Assembly (NCBI GenBank): GCA_963727775.1
Contig: CAVSHB010000001.1
Coordinates: forward strand, 576,001-640,000
From: an uncultured Nitrospiraceae bacterium
GTDB taxonomy: Bacteria > Nitrospirota > Thermodesulfovibrionia > Thermodesulfovibrionales > SM23-35
Reading direction: 5' to 3'
Length of the DNA stretch: 64,000 nucleotides
Shown: piece by piece, positions 31,570 through 42,147 of the stretch
Position numbering within the stretch: the stretch's first letter is position 1
Layout of the letters: each line of letters opens with the position of its first letter
Notes under the pieces: generated by a model
Told to the model about the DNA's origin: nothing
What the model saw: only the letters and a program-made list of their open reading frames with translations
Databases searched by the model: none
Translations under genes and position numbers: made by a program

Positions 31570-33468
31570 CTATTGTACTGTAATAGTTTTCGTGTACACA
31601 TTGTCGGATTCATTGCTTTCAGGAATCACTCCTGTAGCATCGGTAATGATTTTAACTGTATGAGTTCCTGAGGACAATCGTCCTATGGGATAGCCAGTGA
31701 CATATATATAGTACTTCGGTGGAAGTTGAGAACTGTAACTCCATGAAGCTTTCTGCACCCCGTCTACATATAAGTTTGTATAGAAAGTCTTATTGGTCGC
31801 GGCGGTACCATTATTGATTACAGCCCAATCAATATACAGATTGTTAGTCGAGTAAAGAGGACTACTGTCTGTGGTTTTGCCGCTCGTATTGGACACCACA
31901 ATTTTATCTGACCATCCAGCCGGCTGATAGGGAGTCAGATTGGGCAGAGAATTTGTCCCGCTCGTACCGGTAAAGTTGGCCATAACGGTCTTTTGTCCAT
32001 TCATTGACAGTGCATAGGGATTGCCCGTGCTGCTGATTGAGCCGCTCCAGGAGCTGAAGGTGTAGCCGGCATTTGCAACAGCAGTTAAACTTGTGACCCC
32101 GCTGTTAATCCAGCACCCGGCTGGACAGTTAGGGTTCACGCTTCCTCCTCCGGCAGGATTCACGGATGTCATCAATTGGTATTGAGTAGTGAATAAGGCC
32201 GTATAGGTCGTGGCTACTGAAGGTGTCGTTATCTTATCGGTGGTCTGTAAAGCTCCGTCGCTCCAAGAGGAAAAGACATACTGCGTCCCTGTGCCACCGC
32301 TTTGGGGCGATGCCACCCCTAAAGTATGGCTTGATCCTGCCGCCCAACTGAATGTATGAGGTGCTGTATAAGTAGTTCCATCCACATTGATCTGTTCGCC
32401 TGAAGGAGATGTAGTCACTGTGGTATAAACAGAGGAAGATCCCGAAACACTGCCGCATAACGAGACCTGGAGAGCTGATAATACGGCTCCAATCGGATTG
32501 CCGATGCCGATACCGGCTTGCGTGCCGGCAAAATTCAGCGCAACGGCCGCGTTTGTTTTGGCATCCAATACCGGTGAACCGGAGTCTCCGGGCGCGCTCA
32601 TGACCGTATAAGGCGCAGTAGGCGAATACATAATTGCATTGCTGAATCTCCCCACTCCTCCGCATGCCTGCCCATAATTTACGTTGACAGTCAGGTTAAC
32701 GCCTGTCACTGTTCCGCAGGTCATGCCACTCGTTCGCCCGCTTTTGCAAACGGTCTGCCCCAGGTATGCGGCGGCAACCGTATTGTTTTGTGGGCCTAAG
32801 CCTTGGATGTTATTTGAGACCAGTGTGTCGCTACTTTGGACAAAGGCGGCATCAACATAGTTTATAGTGGCGCCGTCCATAATTACAGGAACAAATCGGT
32901 TGAGGGAACCGATAGCAGTTGCCCCGGTTGTAGTACAAACCGGATTATCGTCAATAACGCCGGGCAAATAGAAGATTGTTCCGAGTGGTGCGCTGTTTGG
33001 GCACAAATTTGGGCAGCCTGAAGCCGCTACGTGGTTGTTGGTGATGATTCCGTCAACTGCTGCAGTTGTGTTATCGCAGACCTTGAAACCAACTGTGCCT
33101 CCCGAGCAGTAGTTGCCGCATATGAGGCTGTTACCTCCGGAGACGCCGAGATTAATTGCGTGAGCTGAGATTTCGCCGACTACCCGTGTGATAGTCGACA
33201 TATCCTCTATGCGCCCAGGTATATTTGGCAGCCGACTTTCGTCATCAACAAGAATAAGAATCCCGAGTTTCCCGAGATTTTCTCCGATTCCAACGCCGTG
33301 GACACCCGGAAGGCGCAACAGGTCTTCCGCATGGTGAGTATGAACTGCCCTCGCATGCTCTATCTCTTTTTGACTGAACAGATGCATCTCAGCGAAAGCC
33401 CCTGAGGGAAGCACAAGAAGTGTGACCACGACTATCACGGCCAAACTTATAAGTGCTTTATATTTCAT
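31570..33468 (-). CDS. Secreted trypsin-like serine protease with pro-domain, beta-repeat domains and C-terminal CARDB-like domain
   Basis: Signal peptide; catalytic triad motifs TNNHV, VDAA, GDSGS; GYTFSSWSG repeat; C-terminal VINNG...ESNESDN. Confidence 0.8.
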   Translation of the reverse strand: MKYKALISLAVIVVVTLLVLPSGAFAEMHLFSQKEIEHARAVHTHHAEDLLRLPGVHGVGIGENLGKLGILILVDDESRLPNIPGRIEDMSTITRVVGEISAHAINLGVSGGNSLICGNYCSGGTVGFKVCDNTTAAVDGIITNNHVAASGCPNLCPNSAPLGTIFYLPGVIDDNPVCTTTGATAIGSLNRFVPVIMDGATINYVDAAFVQSSDTLVSNNIQGLGPQNNTVAAAYLGQTVCKSGRTSGMTCGTVTGVNLTVNVNYGQACGGVGRFSNAIMYSPTAPYTVMSAPGDSGSPVLDAKTNAAVALNFAGTQAGIGIGNPIGAVLSALQVSLCGSVSGSSSVYTTVTTSPSGEQINVDGTTYTAPHTFSWAAGSSHTLGVASPQSGGTGTQYVFSSWSDGALQTTDKITTPSVATTYTALFTTQYQLMTSVNPAGGGSVNPNCPAGCWINSGVTSLTAVANAGYTFSSWSGSISSTGNPYALSMNGQKTVMANFTGTSGTNSLPNLTPYQPAGWSDKIVVSNTSGKTTDSSPLYSTNNLYIDWAVINNGTAATNKTFYTNLYVDGVQKASWSYSSQLPPKYYIYVTGYPIGRLSSGTHTVKIITDATGVIPESNESDNVYTKTITVQ

Positions 33469-33529
33469 TGTTCCCTCCTTACCCCTTGTACAATTGTAAA
33501 AAGTTTCCCTCATTTTAATGAGTATCCGT

Positions 33530-33835
33530 TCAGTTATCCGGATGCGCCCGTATTTCCCCTGTTGTCTCTATCGAGATCTCGTAGCCCCCAATGAGCCCTG
33601 GTATTTTTTTATCTAATTCGGGGGTCCTTTTGATGACATAGACTTTTATGCAAGAGTTGTTGCCGCAAAGTCCCTGGCCGATGCCGACAACACCTGGTAT
33701 GGACATCAATTCTTCAGAGTGTTTCTTTATTGTTCCTTCGATGGAAAGCGTTGTCGTATTGGTCTTTGCCGGGGGATCATCAATTACATTGCCCATGCAG
33801 AACGTGGCACAGATTACGACAGAGATTACCCTCAT
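33530..33835 (-). CDS. Small exported protein resembling the pro-domain of the adjacent protease
   Basis: KHSEELMSIPGVVGIGQG...TGEIRAH aligns by eye with HHAEDLLRLPGVHGVGIG...VGEISAH in the protease; start codon uncertain. Confidence 0.65.
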   Translation of the reverse strand: MRVISVVICATFCMGNVIDDPPAKTNTTTLSIEGTIKKHSEELMSIPGVVGIGQGLCGNNSCIKVYVIKRTPELDKKIPGLIGGYEISIETTGEIRAHPDN

Positions 33836-34058
33836 AATTGAATTGATATGACGTTCATCTTCGCTCTCTTTATATTTAATTTTACCATACCAGTTAGATG
33901 CCTGCACTATATATTAAACGAGCGGTGGGGTTTGTCATATAGGATCGCATAAAAGATGAAATTGCATTTCCTTTACTTTCAACATATTGCAAAATTTTTC
34001 AGCAAGTAATTTCCAAATAAATTCGTGGTGAAGATGAAGTAATCCCTAAGATGTTTAA

Positions 34059-34098
34059 AGGGGACAGGCTGCATTTCAAGAAAAGCAGCCTGTCCCCT
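34059..34098. terminator. 14-bp stem hairpin (REP-like or terminator)
   Basis: AGGGGACAGGCTGC...GCAGCCTGTCCCCT followed by a T-run. Confidence 0.55.
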
Positions 34099-34272
34099 CT
34101 TTTTTTCACTTACCTGGCAATCACTGCTTCACTTCCCTTTAACAGTTGGCCTTTGAGATTCGTGAGGGCTGCAGCGTGGGCTGCCATGGAATTTAGTATC
34201 GCTGAAGCAAAAATGTACTCCGCAGGAGTTGTCCAGCCAGGGTGCTTAAGTATCTGGATGAGATGTTTGAAA

Positions 34273-35012
34273 TCATCTCGCTACTGCCCCCAAATCGGCT
34301 TGGAGTTGAGCGAACTTGAACCCTGGCGCAAAGCCGGGCTTCTTTGCTTCCGGAGGAAGAATTGCGTAGGCCTCGTCGACACATTCATCCCACCATGCCC
34401 AAGTCGCCTTCTGAGTATTCCCCCAGGTGAGGACGGTCACACCGGTCGCATCGTATGCGACGGCAAATACCGCACATCCTGTGTTAGCTGGCCAGGCGTC
34501 CACGGTCGGCGAGCGTCGAATTGCTCAATGCAATTCTCTTGCACCTGAAACCCCAGGTAAACGCCACCAAAAAGCTGAATTGCCTGTTTAATGTGCGTGT
34601 GATTTTTTATATCAATACCGGCAAACGCGAGAATCTCGTCTCCACCAATAACGTTACTGCGCCAGTAGTTCAGCACATCGAGTTCATTCAGACCGGAGTC
34701 TATTCCACCTGTCAGATGCATGTACAACTTAACGACACCCTGCTTGGACATGATTCTTTTCTTCTTGCTAACCAGGCCGCGATAGGTTGTAGTCGCGTGG
34801 GCCAGAGCAGCGATGGTGCAGTCTCCCAAGGTATCGTTACCGTCCATCGGGAATAATTTTGTCGGGTCAGAAGTCTTCAGGTTCTTGTAAACCTTGGGTA
34901 GAACGTCATAAGAAGCAGGCGGCGCCGCAAGTTTGTCCGACAAATAGTTCTTGAAGCGCAATGTGCGGTAGTCTTGCTTAGGCGGGTGCTTTCCAAATCG
35001 ATATGCAGACAT
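34273..35012 (-). pseudogene. Frameshifted papain-like cysteine peptidase-like protein
   Basis: GNDTLGDCTIAA (putative catalytic Cys) in the first frame; AVFAVAYD...LTWG...DEAYA in the second frame. The shift near 34474 falls where a GH dipeptide is expected. Confidence 0.65.
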
Positions 35013-35729
35013 AAATGTGATCTCCTATTTTTATGGGATGCTTTGGCAAGGCATAAGATCGATCGCCGCATCCATTAAGCGATCGGTTTCCTAAAATTGA
35101 CCAACCTTCCCACCGTTATATAAGAATTGCGCTCAATCCATTTCGTCGTCACCTCCTAACCCGGCATAGCCGGGACCGAGTTTAAAATGTTCAGACTGCA
35201 TAGGACAGCTGCGATTAACATGGCTGACACGATAAGCTATAGCCATGGACTCTTTTATAAAGAAGTTGGTTTTGTTCCTACCCTCCAAATATCGCCTATA
35301 GGGAATAGGTGTAATGAAAATAAAATGTCAAATTACATTAATTGTTTTCTTATCTTTTCCTTAAAATATCAAGACAATATTAACTCTTTTTTCTGCAAAT
35401 GTCTGTCAGGGAAGTTTGACATTTTTTGTAGGGGAAGTTTGACAAATGGAAAATGCAGGAGAAGTAATCTCGTTTGAAAATAGTTATAAGAACTATTCTT
35501 AGCTGTTAAATGATCGTCTTTTTGTCCGGCAAATTCATATTGTTCGGATTGAGGTGTCGTTGCAGCAATTATGCTGTTTATTCTTAATAAACAATAACGT
35601 GGCTTAGGGTTATTTATCTGTGTAGGTACCATTAAGAACCCGAAATTATAGCCTAATAAATTTTTCTGAGAGTTACGCCCGAGGAGCCATACCTTTTCCT
35701 TATGCAAATTCCAGCCGGAGATATAAATT

Positions 35730-36108
35730 CCATAAGGAGCATAAAAATGTATAAATATGAGGTGATAGTTTACTGGAGCGATGAAGATGAAGCATTCATC
35801 GTAGAGGTTCCGGAACTTCCTGGTTGTATGGCTGACGGTGCTACATATGAAGAAGCAATTAAGAATGTACAAGTAATTATTGCTGAATGGATAGAAACAG
35901 CGAGGCAGTTGAATCGCGAAATACCTGAGCCCAAAGGTAAACTTGCATATGCATAGCTGCAAGCCTTTTTATTTAGATGTAAAGATATTCTACGCGGGCT
36001 GCACTTTTTGAAATCTCAATCATAATTGGAATTCTGTTGGTCGCACTAAATCTTTTCCTCACTTTTGTCCAGTAGTAAACAACACCAAAATCCCTCTTTC
36101 ATATAGAA
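35730..36108 (+). repeat. 379-bp direct repeat, copy 2
   Basis: Near-identical to 13569-13947. Confidence 0.92.
35747..35956 (+). CDS. hicB: HicB family antitoxin (copy 2)
   Basis: Protein identical to 13586-13795. Confidence 0.9.
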   Translation: MYKYEVIVYWSDEDEAFIVEVPELPGCMADGATYEEAIKNVQVIIAEWIETARQLNREIPEPKGKLAYA

Positions 36109-36264
36109 CTCGATAGGCGAAAAATATTTTGAAAGAGTAGATTATTATTTGAAACAAATATTCTGATGTGTTTCTGCCTTGTATGGATTGCGCCTCGAAA
36201 TGAATATTTTACTCACAACTAAAGATAGTTCATTATAGATATTTATAAAAAGACGCAACCAATA

Positions 36265-36633
36265 CTATTGATTTATTAACCACTCCTTTGCCTGATCGTG
36301 TGTGCCAAATATGGGCAATGTTCTTTTGGAGAAAGCCATAATGGTGTTATAGGCTAACTTCACGAGAGGTCTTGTAATTCCTACGATAGCTCCTGCTTTA
36401 ACGTATGGTTTATTATATAAGGTCAGGTCTTTTAAAACAGTGAGAATTTCTGCATCATAGTGGGCATTTGTTACATCTGTTAGGGTTAAGACAGAATTGA
36501 GATCCTTACCTTGTACCCACTGTTTTGCAGCGTCTACAATTGGCATGATTTCTTCTTTGCTGGTGCAATTAGAGAAATCAAAGAAGAGTATTTTCTTCCC
36601 CCTATATTCCAGTTCTTGAAGTTCTTTTCTCAT
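36265..36633 (-). CDS. Hypothetical STAS/SpoIIAA-like small protein
   Basis: YRGKKILFFDFS, LTLTDVT, AIVGI, FxTxxxAKEWL pattern. Confidence 0.65.
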   Translation of the reverse strand: MRKELQELEYRGKKILFFDFSNCTSKEEIMPIVDAAKQWVQGKDLNSVLTLTDVTNAHYDAEILTVLKDLTLYNKPYVKAGAIVGITRPLVKLAYNTIMAFSKRTLPIFGTHDQAKEWLINQ

Positions 36634-36747
36634 AATTTTTTGTCTTACCTGAACTTTTGAAAAATATTTACCCCCTACCTAGGTAGGATGGTCATCTTTT
36701 AAGGATAATTATAAACTAAGCATAGTTCTAATTATATTAGATAAATT

Positions 36748-37887
36748 ATGAAGATAGATCAAAAAAACTGGACAGCAGAAAATGGATGGATTCCTGAGTT
36801 TTCGGGAAAAACAGACGAAAAAGTCCAATTGGTTCTCTTCTTTGGCTCCACTCAGATATTAAGAAGTAGAATTCCATGCGCGGAGATTAAACAGGCTTAT
36901 CCGAATGCCCATTTTTTTGGATGTTCAACAGCAGGTGAAATTGCCGGAACGCAGGTTACTGATAATGCATTTGTTATGACAGCAATAAGCTTTGAATCTG
37001 TCAGGATTGAAGGCGCACAGGTTGAGTTGAGCCAAACTTTCGACAGTTATCGGGCAGGACAGCTTCTTGCCCAGTCTCTCGAAACAAATGGGCTGAGACA
37101 TGTCATAGTTCTCTCTGACGGGCTTTACGTAAATGGCAGTGATCTGGTAAGGGGTTTGACTGAAAATCTTCCACCTGAAGTATCAATAACAGGAGGTCTC
37201 GCAGGAGATGGAGAAAGATTTGAAGAGACACTGGTATGCTGGGATAGCCACCCTCAGAATAAAACAGTTGCTGCGGTTGGCTTATATGGGGATAAATTAA
37301 GAATTGGTTATGCTTCACAAGGGGGCTGGGATCCATTTGGTCCTGAAAGGGTAATAACAAAGGCAAAAGGCAATATATTATACGAACTGGATGGCAAGTC
37401 AGCCCTGGACCTGTATAAATTATACCTGGGCAAACAAGCTGCAGGACTCCCTGCCACGGGCCTTCTTTTTCCCCTGAGTATTCGAACAAAAGACAGCCAA
37501 ACAAGTCTCGTCAGAACGATTCTTTCTGTAAATGAAGGAGAACAAAGCATGACGTTTGCCGGAGATGTTCCTGATGGGTCTTATGCCCGTTTAATGAAAG
37601 CAAACTTTGACAGGCTCATTGACGGTGCAAGCGGAGCGGCAACAAAAAGTTATGAGGCAATCGGCTCTTTCTCTCCGGAACTTGCCATACTCATCAGTTG
37701 TGTCGGGAGAAAAATGATCCTCAAGCAGAGGACTGAAGAGGAGATTGAAGGTGTTCGTGATATTTTAGGAAAAAAGACTGTAATGACAGGCTTTTATTCA
37801 TATGGAGAATTATCACCGTTCAATCAGGGCGGCATCTGTGCATTGCACAATCAGACAATGACAATTACTGTTCTTTCTGAAGAATAA
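36748..37887 (+). CDS. FIST domain signal-transduction protein (NosP-like)
   Basis: GCSTAGEI, GGLAGDG, SCVGRK, GFYSYGE, LHNQTMT. Confidence 0.9.
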   Translation: MKIDQKNWTAENGWIPEFSGKTDEKVQLVLFFGSTQILRSRIPCAEIKQAYPNAHFFGCSTAGEIAGTQVTDNAFVMTAISFESVRIEGAQVELSQTFDSYRAGQLLAQSLETNGLRHVIVLSDGLYVNGSDLVRGLTENLPPEVSITGGLAGDGERFEETLVCWDSHPQNKTVAAVGLYGDKLRIGYASQGGWDPFGPERVITKAKGNILYELDGKSALDLYKLYLGKQAAGLPATGLLFPLSIRTKDSQTSLVRTILSVNEGEQSMTFAGDVPDGSYARLMKANFDRLIDGASGAATKSYEAIGSFSPELAILISCVGRKMILKQRTEEEIEGVRDILGKKTVMTGFYSYGELSPFNQGGICALHNQTMTITVLSEE

Positions 37888-38527
37888 CCATGGAAAACAT
37901 ACACAGCCTCCTTAAACGTCAGATTAAGAAACATTTAGGTGAGTTGTCTTCTCTTCCAAAGGAATTGAAGGACATTTTTGCTTCTATAAATAATGCGTAT
38001 ATTCAATCAGATATTGACAGAAATATGCTTGAGCGATCTCTTGATCTGAGTTCTCACGAATTACTCATTGCAAACGAAGAACTCAAAAAAACCCTGTCAC
38101 TCCTCAATGCAACAATTGAATCTACCAGAGATGGAATACTCGTTGTTGATTTGACAGGGGGAATAACCAGTTTTAATAAAAAATTCATAGAAATGTGGAA
38201 TATTCCACAATATATTATCGATTCTCGGGATGATTCCTCAGCACTCAGTTTTGTTTTGGATCAGCTACAAAACCTTGATGGTTTTATAAAGAAAGTACAG
38301 GAATTATATGCACAATCAGATGCAGAGAGCTATGATCTGCTGCAATTCAAGGATGGCAGGATCTTTGAACGGTATTCAAGACCTCAGAGAATAGAAGAGA
38401 AATGTGTTGGGAGAGTTTGGAGTTTTAGCGTATTTTCTTTTATGAAAACACCCATAAATGCTTATATTACAATAGATTACCGTGTATTTGGCTTTCAAAT
38501 GTAGCCATATAATATAGCATTTTATAG

Positions 38528-38556
38528 TTGACATAGTGGTAATCATATCCTATAAT
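38528..38556 (+). promoter_or_regulatory. Perfect-consensus sigma70 promoter inside IS1634 (also at 28913-28941 on the minus strand)
   Basis: TTGACA-17 nt-TATAAT, ending 7 nt upstream of the transposase ATG. Confidence 0.8.
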
Positions 38557-38563
38557 AGTAGCC

Positions 38564-40195
38564 ATGCCATTTAAAAAGAAGCCACGCCCCCATCTCGAAA
38601 TACAGACTTCCGGCAATAAGCACTACGGCGTTATTCGCACTACCTTCCGTGAGAAGGGCGAAATCAGGCACACGACACATGGGACCATTAAGGATATGAG
38701 TCTTGAACAACTAAAGCTCATACAGGCCGCCTTCAGGGGCAATGTGCTGGTAAAGGGTTCAGCCGACGCTCACAAAATCGCGGAATCGAAAGAGTACGGC
38801 GCTTCCTATGCGGTATTGCAGTTGGCGAAGGAATTAGAGTTGGACAAGATGATTTATTCGAGATATTCCGAGCAGTGGGTTAAAGACTGTCTTGCCATGA
38901 TAATCGGCCGTTTAGTATATAGCGGCAGCAAGCTGGCTTTATCGCACAGATGGGAGGACACGGCATTATGGGAACTCTGCGGGATAGAAGGGCCGGTTGA
39001 CGTAGATAAGCATTGTTATGAGCCTATGGATCGTCTTTTACAGAGGCAGGATGCCATCCAAAGTACATTGGCGAAAAAGCATCTCCGAAACGGCGCGCTT
39101 GTGCTTTACGATATAACCAGCAGTTATTTTGAGGGCGAGTATGAAGACAGTGAGATCGTTAAATTCGGATATAACCGGGACGGCAAGCGGGGGCATGAAC
39201 AGATGGTGATAGGGCTGCTTTGCAGTCCCGAGGGGTGCCCTGTGGGTGTGGAAGTTTTCCCTGGGAATACTCAGGATGCTCAAACGGTACCCGATAAAAT
39301 AGCTGAGGTGCAGAAAAAATATGGGATCCAGGAGATAATCTTTGTAGGTGATCGTGGAATGGTTACTCATGCCAATTACGAAAAGGTTAAGGATGTAAAA
39401 GGGCTCAATATAATATCGGCATTAACACACCACCAGATAAAAGAGCTACTGGAACGCAAGGTGATTCAGATCGATATGTTTGATGAAAAGGAGATTATTG
39501 AAGTAGTGGATCCTGAGGCGATAGGACGGCGATACTGCTTATGCCGCAATCCAAAGACCGCTACAAGGGAAGCTGTGACACGCAAAGGCTTGATTGAGGT
39601 CACCAGAAAGGCATTGGATAGCATAGCCCAATCAAAACGGAAGTCGTCAAACGAGAAGATAGCGGCAAGGGTGGGGAAGGTTCTGGGAAAGTGGAAGACA
39701 GGTAAATTTGTAGAGTGGTCAGTACAGGATGGACGTCTCACATGGAAATTAAAAACAGAGAAGATCGAGACTGAGGAATTGATTGACGGCTGTTACATCA
39801 TTGCCTCCGATGTTCCTGCCGGGCTGATGGCAAAGCAGGCAATAGTGGCATCATATAAAAAGCTTGCTCTTGTAGAACAGGCGTTTCGGAACTTAAAGAG
39901 CGTACAGCTTGAGGTGCGGCCCGTTTATCACAAGACCGACGACCGAATCCGCTGTCATGTGTTTCTTTGCATGCTTGCCTACTACTTGCAGTGGCATATG
40001 AATCAGAGACTAAAGCCTCTGTTTCAGTCTGACGGAAAAAATAAACACCGCAGATGGACATTTGAGTATGTGATTGAGAGATTAAAGAGCCTGAGAAGGC
40101 AGAGACTTCAAGTGCAGGGCTCTTCGTGCCGAATTGTTTGCACCCCGGATAACAGTCAGCAAAAGATTCTTGATCTGCTCAAGGTAAAATTGTAG
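38564..40195 (+). CDS. IS1634-family DDE transposase
   Basis: Same as copy 1 except GNVLVK versus GDVLVK. Confidence 0.92.
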   Translation: MPFKKKPRPHLEIQTSGNKHYGVIRTTFREKGEIRHTTHGTIKDMSLEQLKLIQAAFRGNVLVKGSADAHKIAESKEYGASYAVLQLAKELELDKMIYSRYSEQWVKDCLAMIIGRLVYSGSKLALSHRWEDTALWELCGIEGPVDVDKHCYEPMDRLLQRQDAIQSTLAKKHLRNGALVLYDITSSYFEGEYEDSEIVKFGYNRDGKRGHEQMVIGLLCSPEGCPVGVEVFPGNTQDAQTVPDKIAEVQKKYGIQEIIFVGDRGMVTHANYEKVKDVKGLNIISALTHHQIKELLERKVIQIDMFDEKEIIEVVDPEAIGRRYCLCRNPKTATREAVTRKGLIEVTRKALDSIAQSKRKSSNEKIAARVGKVLGKWKTGKFVEWSVQDGRLTWKLKTEKIETEELIDGCYIIASDVPAGLMAKQAIVASYKKLALVEQAFRNLKSVQLEVRPVYHKTDDRIRCHVFLCMLAYYLQWHMNQRLKPLFQSDGKNKHRRWTFEYVIERLKSLRRQRLQVQGSSCRIVCTPDNSQQKILDLLKVKL

Positions 40196-41761
40196 CCATT
40201 TTCTTGAAATTAGAAATCGCCTTCAAATCATTGCAGCATATGGAGTTCCTCGTAGTTTTTAAAAAGAAAATACGTTTTAGCGATATCACGGCACGGAAAA
40301 AAGCTGAGGAACAAGTCGCCCAAATGGCATATTTTGATGTTCTCACCAATCTGCCGAATCGCTATTTATTCAAAGATCGTTTGAATCAAGCGCTTTTATA
40401 TTCAGAAAAATATAAAAAATTATTAGCGATAATTTATATTGATTTAGATGATTTCAAACGTATAAATGATACATTTGGCCATAATTTTGGAGATAAGTTT
40501 TTGCAGTCCGTTTCTGATCGCTTGTTAAAAAAAATACGCAGCATTGATACTCTTGCCTGTGTCGAAGAAGATTATTTAGGAACAACTATAGCTCGCCTTG
40601 GAGGTGATGAATTTACCATATTACTAAGAGAAATAAAGGAAACTCAGGATGCCGGCAGAGTAGCACAACGTATTATTGATCTTTTCTCACAACCTTTTTA
40701 CGTAGAGAACCGAATGATATTTATTTCGCCGAGCATCGGCATAGCATTATATCCTAATGATGGTCATGATGTTGATACTCTTTTAAGAAATGCAGATACA
40801 GCAATGTACCATTCAAAAGAAAAAGGGAGAAATAATTACCAATTCTTCTCAGAGAGCATGAATATCGAAGCCCTTGAACGATTTTACCTGGAGAATAGCC
40901 TGAGAAGCGCCATAGACAAGGAAGATTTTCAATTACATTATCAGCCACAATATGACAGTTCGACAGGTAAGATTATCGGCGTGGAAGCCTTAATAAGGTG
41001 GATACACCCTGAAAGGGGAATGCTTTTGCCGGATGAATTTATTACGATTGCAGAGGAAAGTGGTCTAATTCTGCCGATTGGAAGTTGGGTACTCAAGACA
41101 GCCTGTGAACAGAACAAAGCCTGGCAACTTGCTGAGTGCAGGCCAATATACGTTACCATAAATATATCCGGTGTGCAGTTTAACCAGAATAATTTTGTGG
41201 AATCTGTAGCTCAGACGTTGCTCGATACAGGGTTAGAACCGCAATACCTTGAGCTGGAGCTTACAGAGAGCATTCTTATGGAGCCAACAGAAAAAACTTT
41301 CATTACTCTGAATGAGTTAAAAGCTACAGGAGTAAGGATTGCAATTGATGATTTCGGCAAAGGATATTCTTCGCTCGGATATTTAAAGCGGTTACCTATA
41401 GATACCTTGAAAATTGACCGTTCTTTTGTGAGGGATATCATATCGAATTCTGACGACAGAGCAATCATAAGAGCCGTTATATCACTGGCACGTTCTCTCA
41501 ATCTAAAAGTTATTGCTGAAGGAGTAGAAAATCACGACCAGTTAACATATCTTAGGGAACAAGGCAGTGATGGGATACAAGGTTTTTTGTTGAGTAAGCC
41601 AATGACACCAAATTCATTCATACAACTCTTTAAGCAAGAAGATCAACTGCCCTTTGATAAATTCACAGAATACATAAAAACAGAATAATCTTTAACCCAA
41701 ATCTACGGAAATGATTAAAGATTTATCTCAATACTTTATTAAAACGTCACATAATTAATAG

Positions 41762-41908
41762 TTCATTAATCTCCATACCCCGCCGTCTCTGCGGCGGGCA
41801 CCTTACGTCGTCGGGGTGCAGGGCGTCGGAGCGAAGCGCAGACCCTTGCCGACCCGCGGGGTCTAATACCCCGTGGTGTCGTGCCGAGCAAAGCGAGGTT
41901 TAGTTTAT
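41762..41908. repeat. GC-rich palindromic element resembling IS200/IS605-derived non-autonomous ends
   Basis: TTCATTAATC followed by CCCGCCG-TCTCTG-CGGCGGG and further hairpins; similar TTCATTAAT-led hairpins occur at ~14792-14830 and ~14901-14949. Confidence 0.45.
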
Positions 41909-42000
41909 TTCGTAAAAATGACTCATTTCGGATACACTCCTGACTTCTCAATTCGAAATGTACTGCGCACTCAATGATCAGAATCGGAAATGCGGACTTG

Positions 42001-42147
42001 ATGAAGGAAATGACAGCGAAACTTTCGGTGCATAGTCCTCGACGATCCGAAGCAATGCAAAGGGAGAAGGAGATTAAGAGGAAGAAGAGCAGGCAATATA
42101 TTCAGAACTTGGTCAGTCGGCAGAGTCCCGAAGGCGTTCGGGATTAA
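42001..42147 (+). pseudogene. C-terminal fragment of a small GIY-YIG nuclease (UPF0213/SLX1-like)
   Basis: Translates to ...RRSEAMQREKEIKRKKSRQYIQNLVSRQSPEGVRD*, matching the typical RSEAxxRExxIK tail. The N-terminal GIY-YIG motif is absent. Confidence 0.65.

Larger units (their letters stand above)
38429..40274 (+). mobile_element. IS1634-family insertion sequence, copy 2 (1846 bp)
   Basis: Same TIR as copy 1; 6-bp target duplication TTTTAG (38423-38428 and 40275-40280). Confidence 0.93.
37890..41688 (+). pseudogene. PAS-GGDEF-EAL protein interrupted by IS1634 copy 2
   Basis: 5' part ends GRVWSFS at 38428 and resumes DITARKKAEEQ after 40280; ARLGGDEF, VEALIRW and DDFGKGYSS are present. Confidence 0.92.

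Noticed and set aside
40204..41688. Independent GGDEF-EAL gene as given in the ORF track
   Set aside because: Its first codons are IS1634 end sequence; it is the 3' part of the gene starting at 37890.
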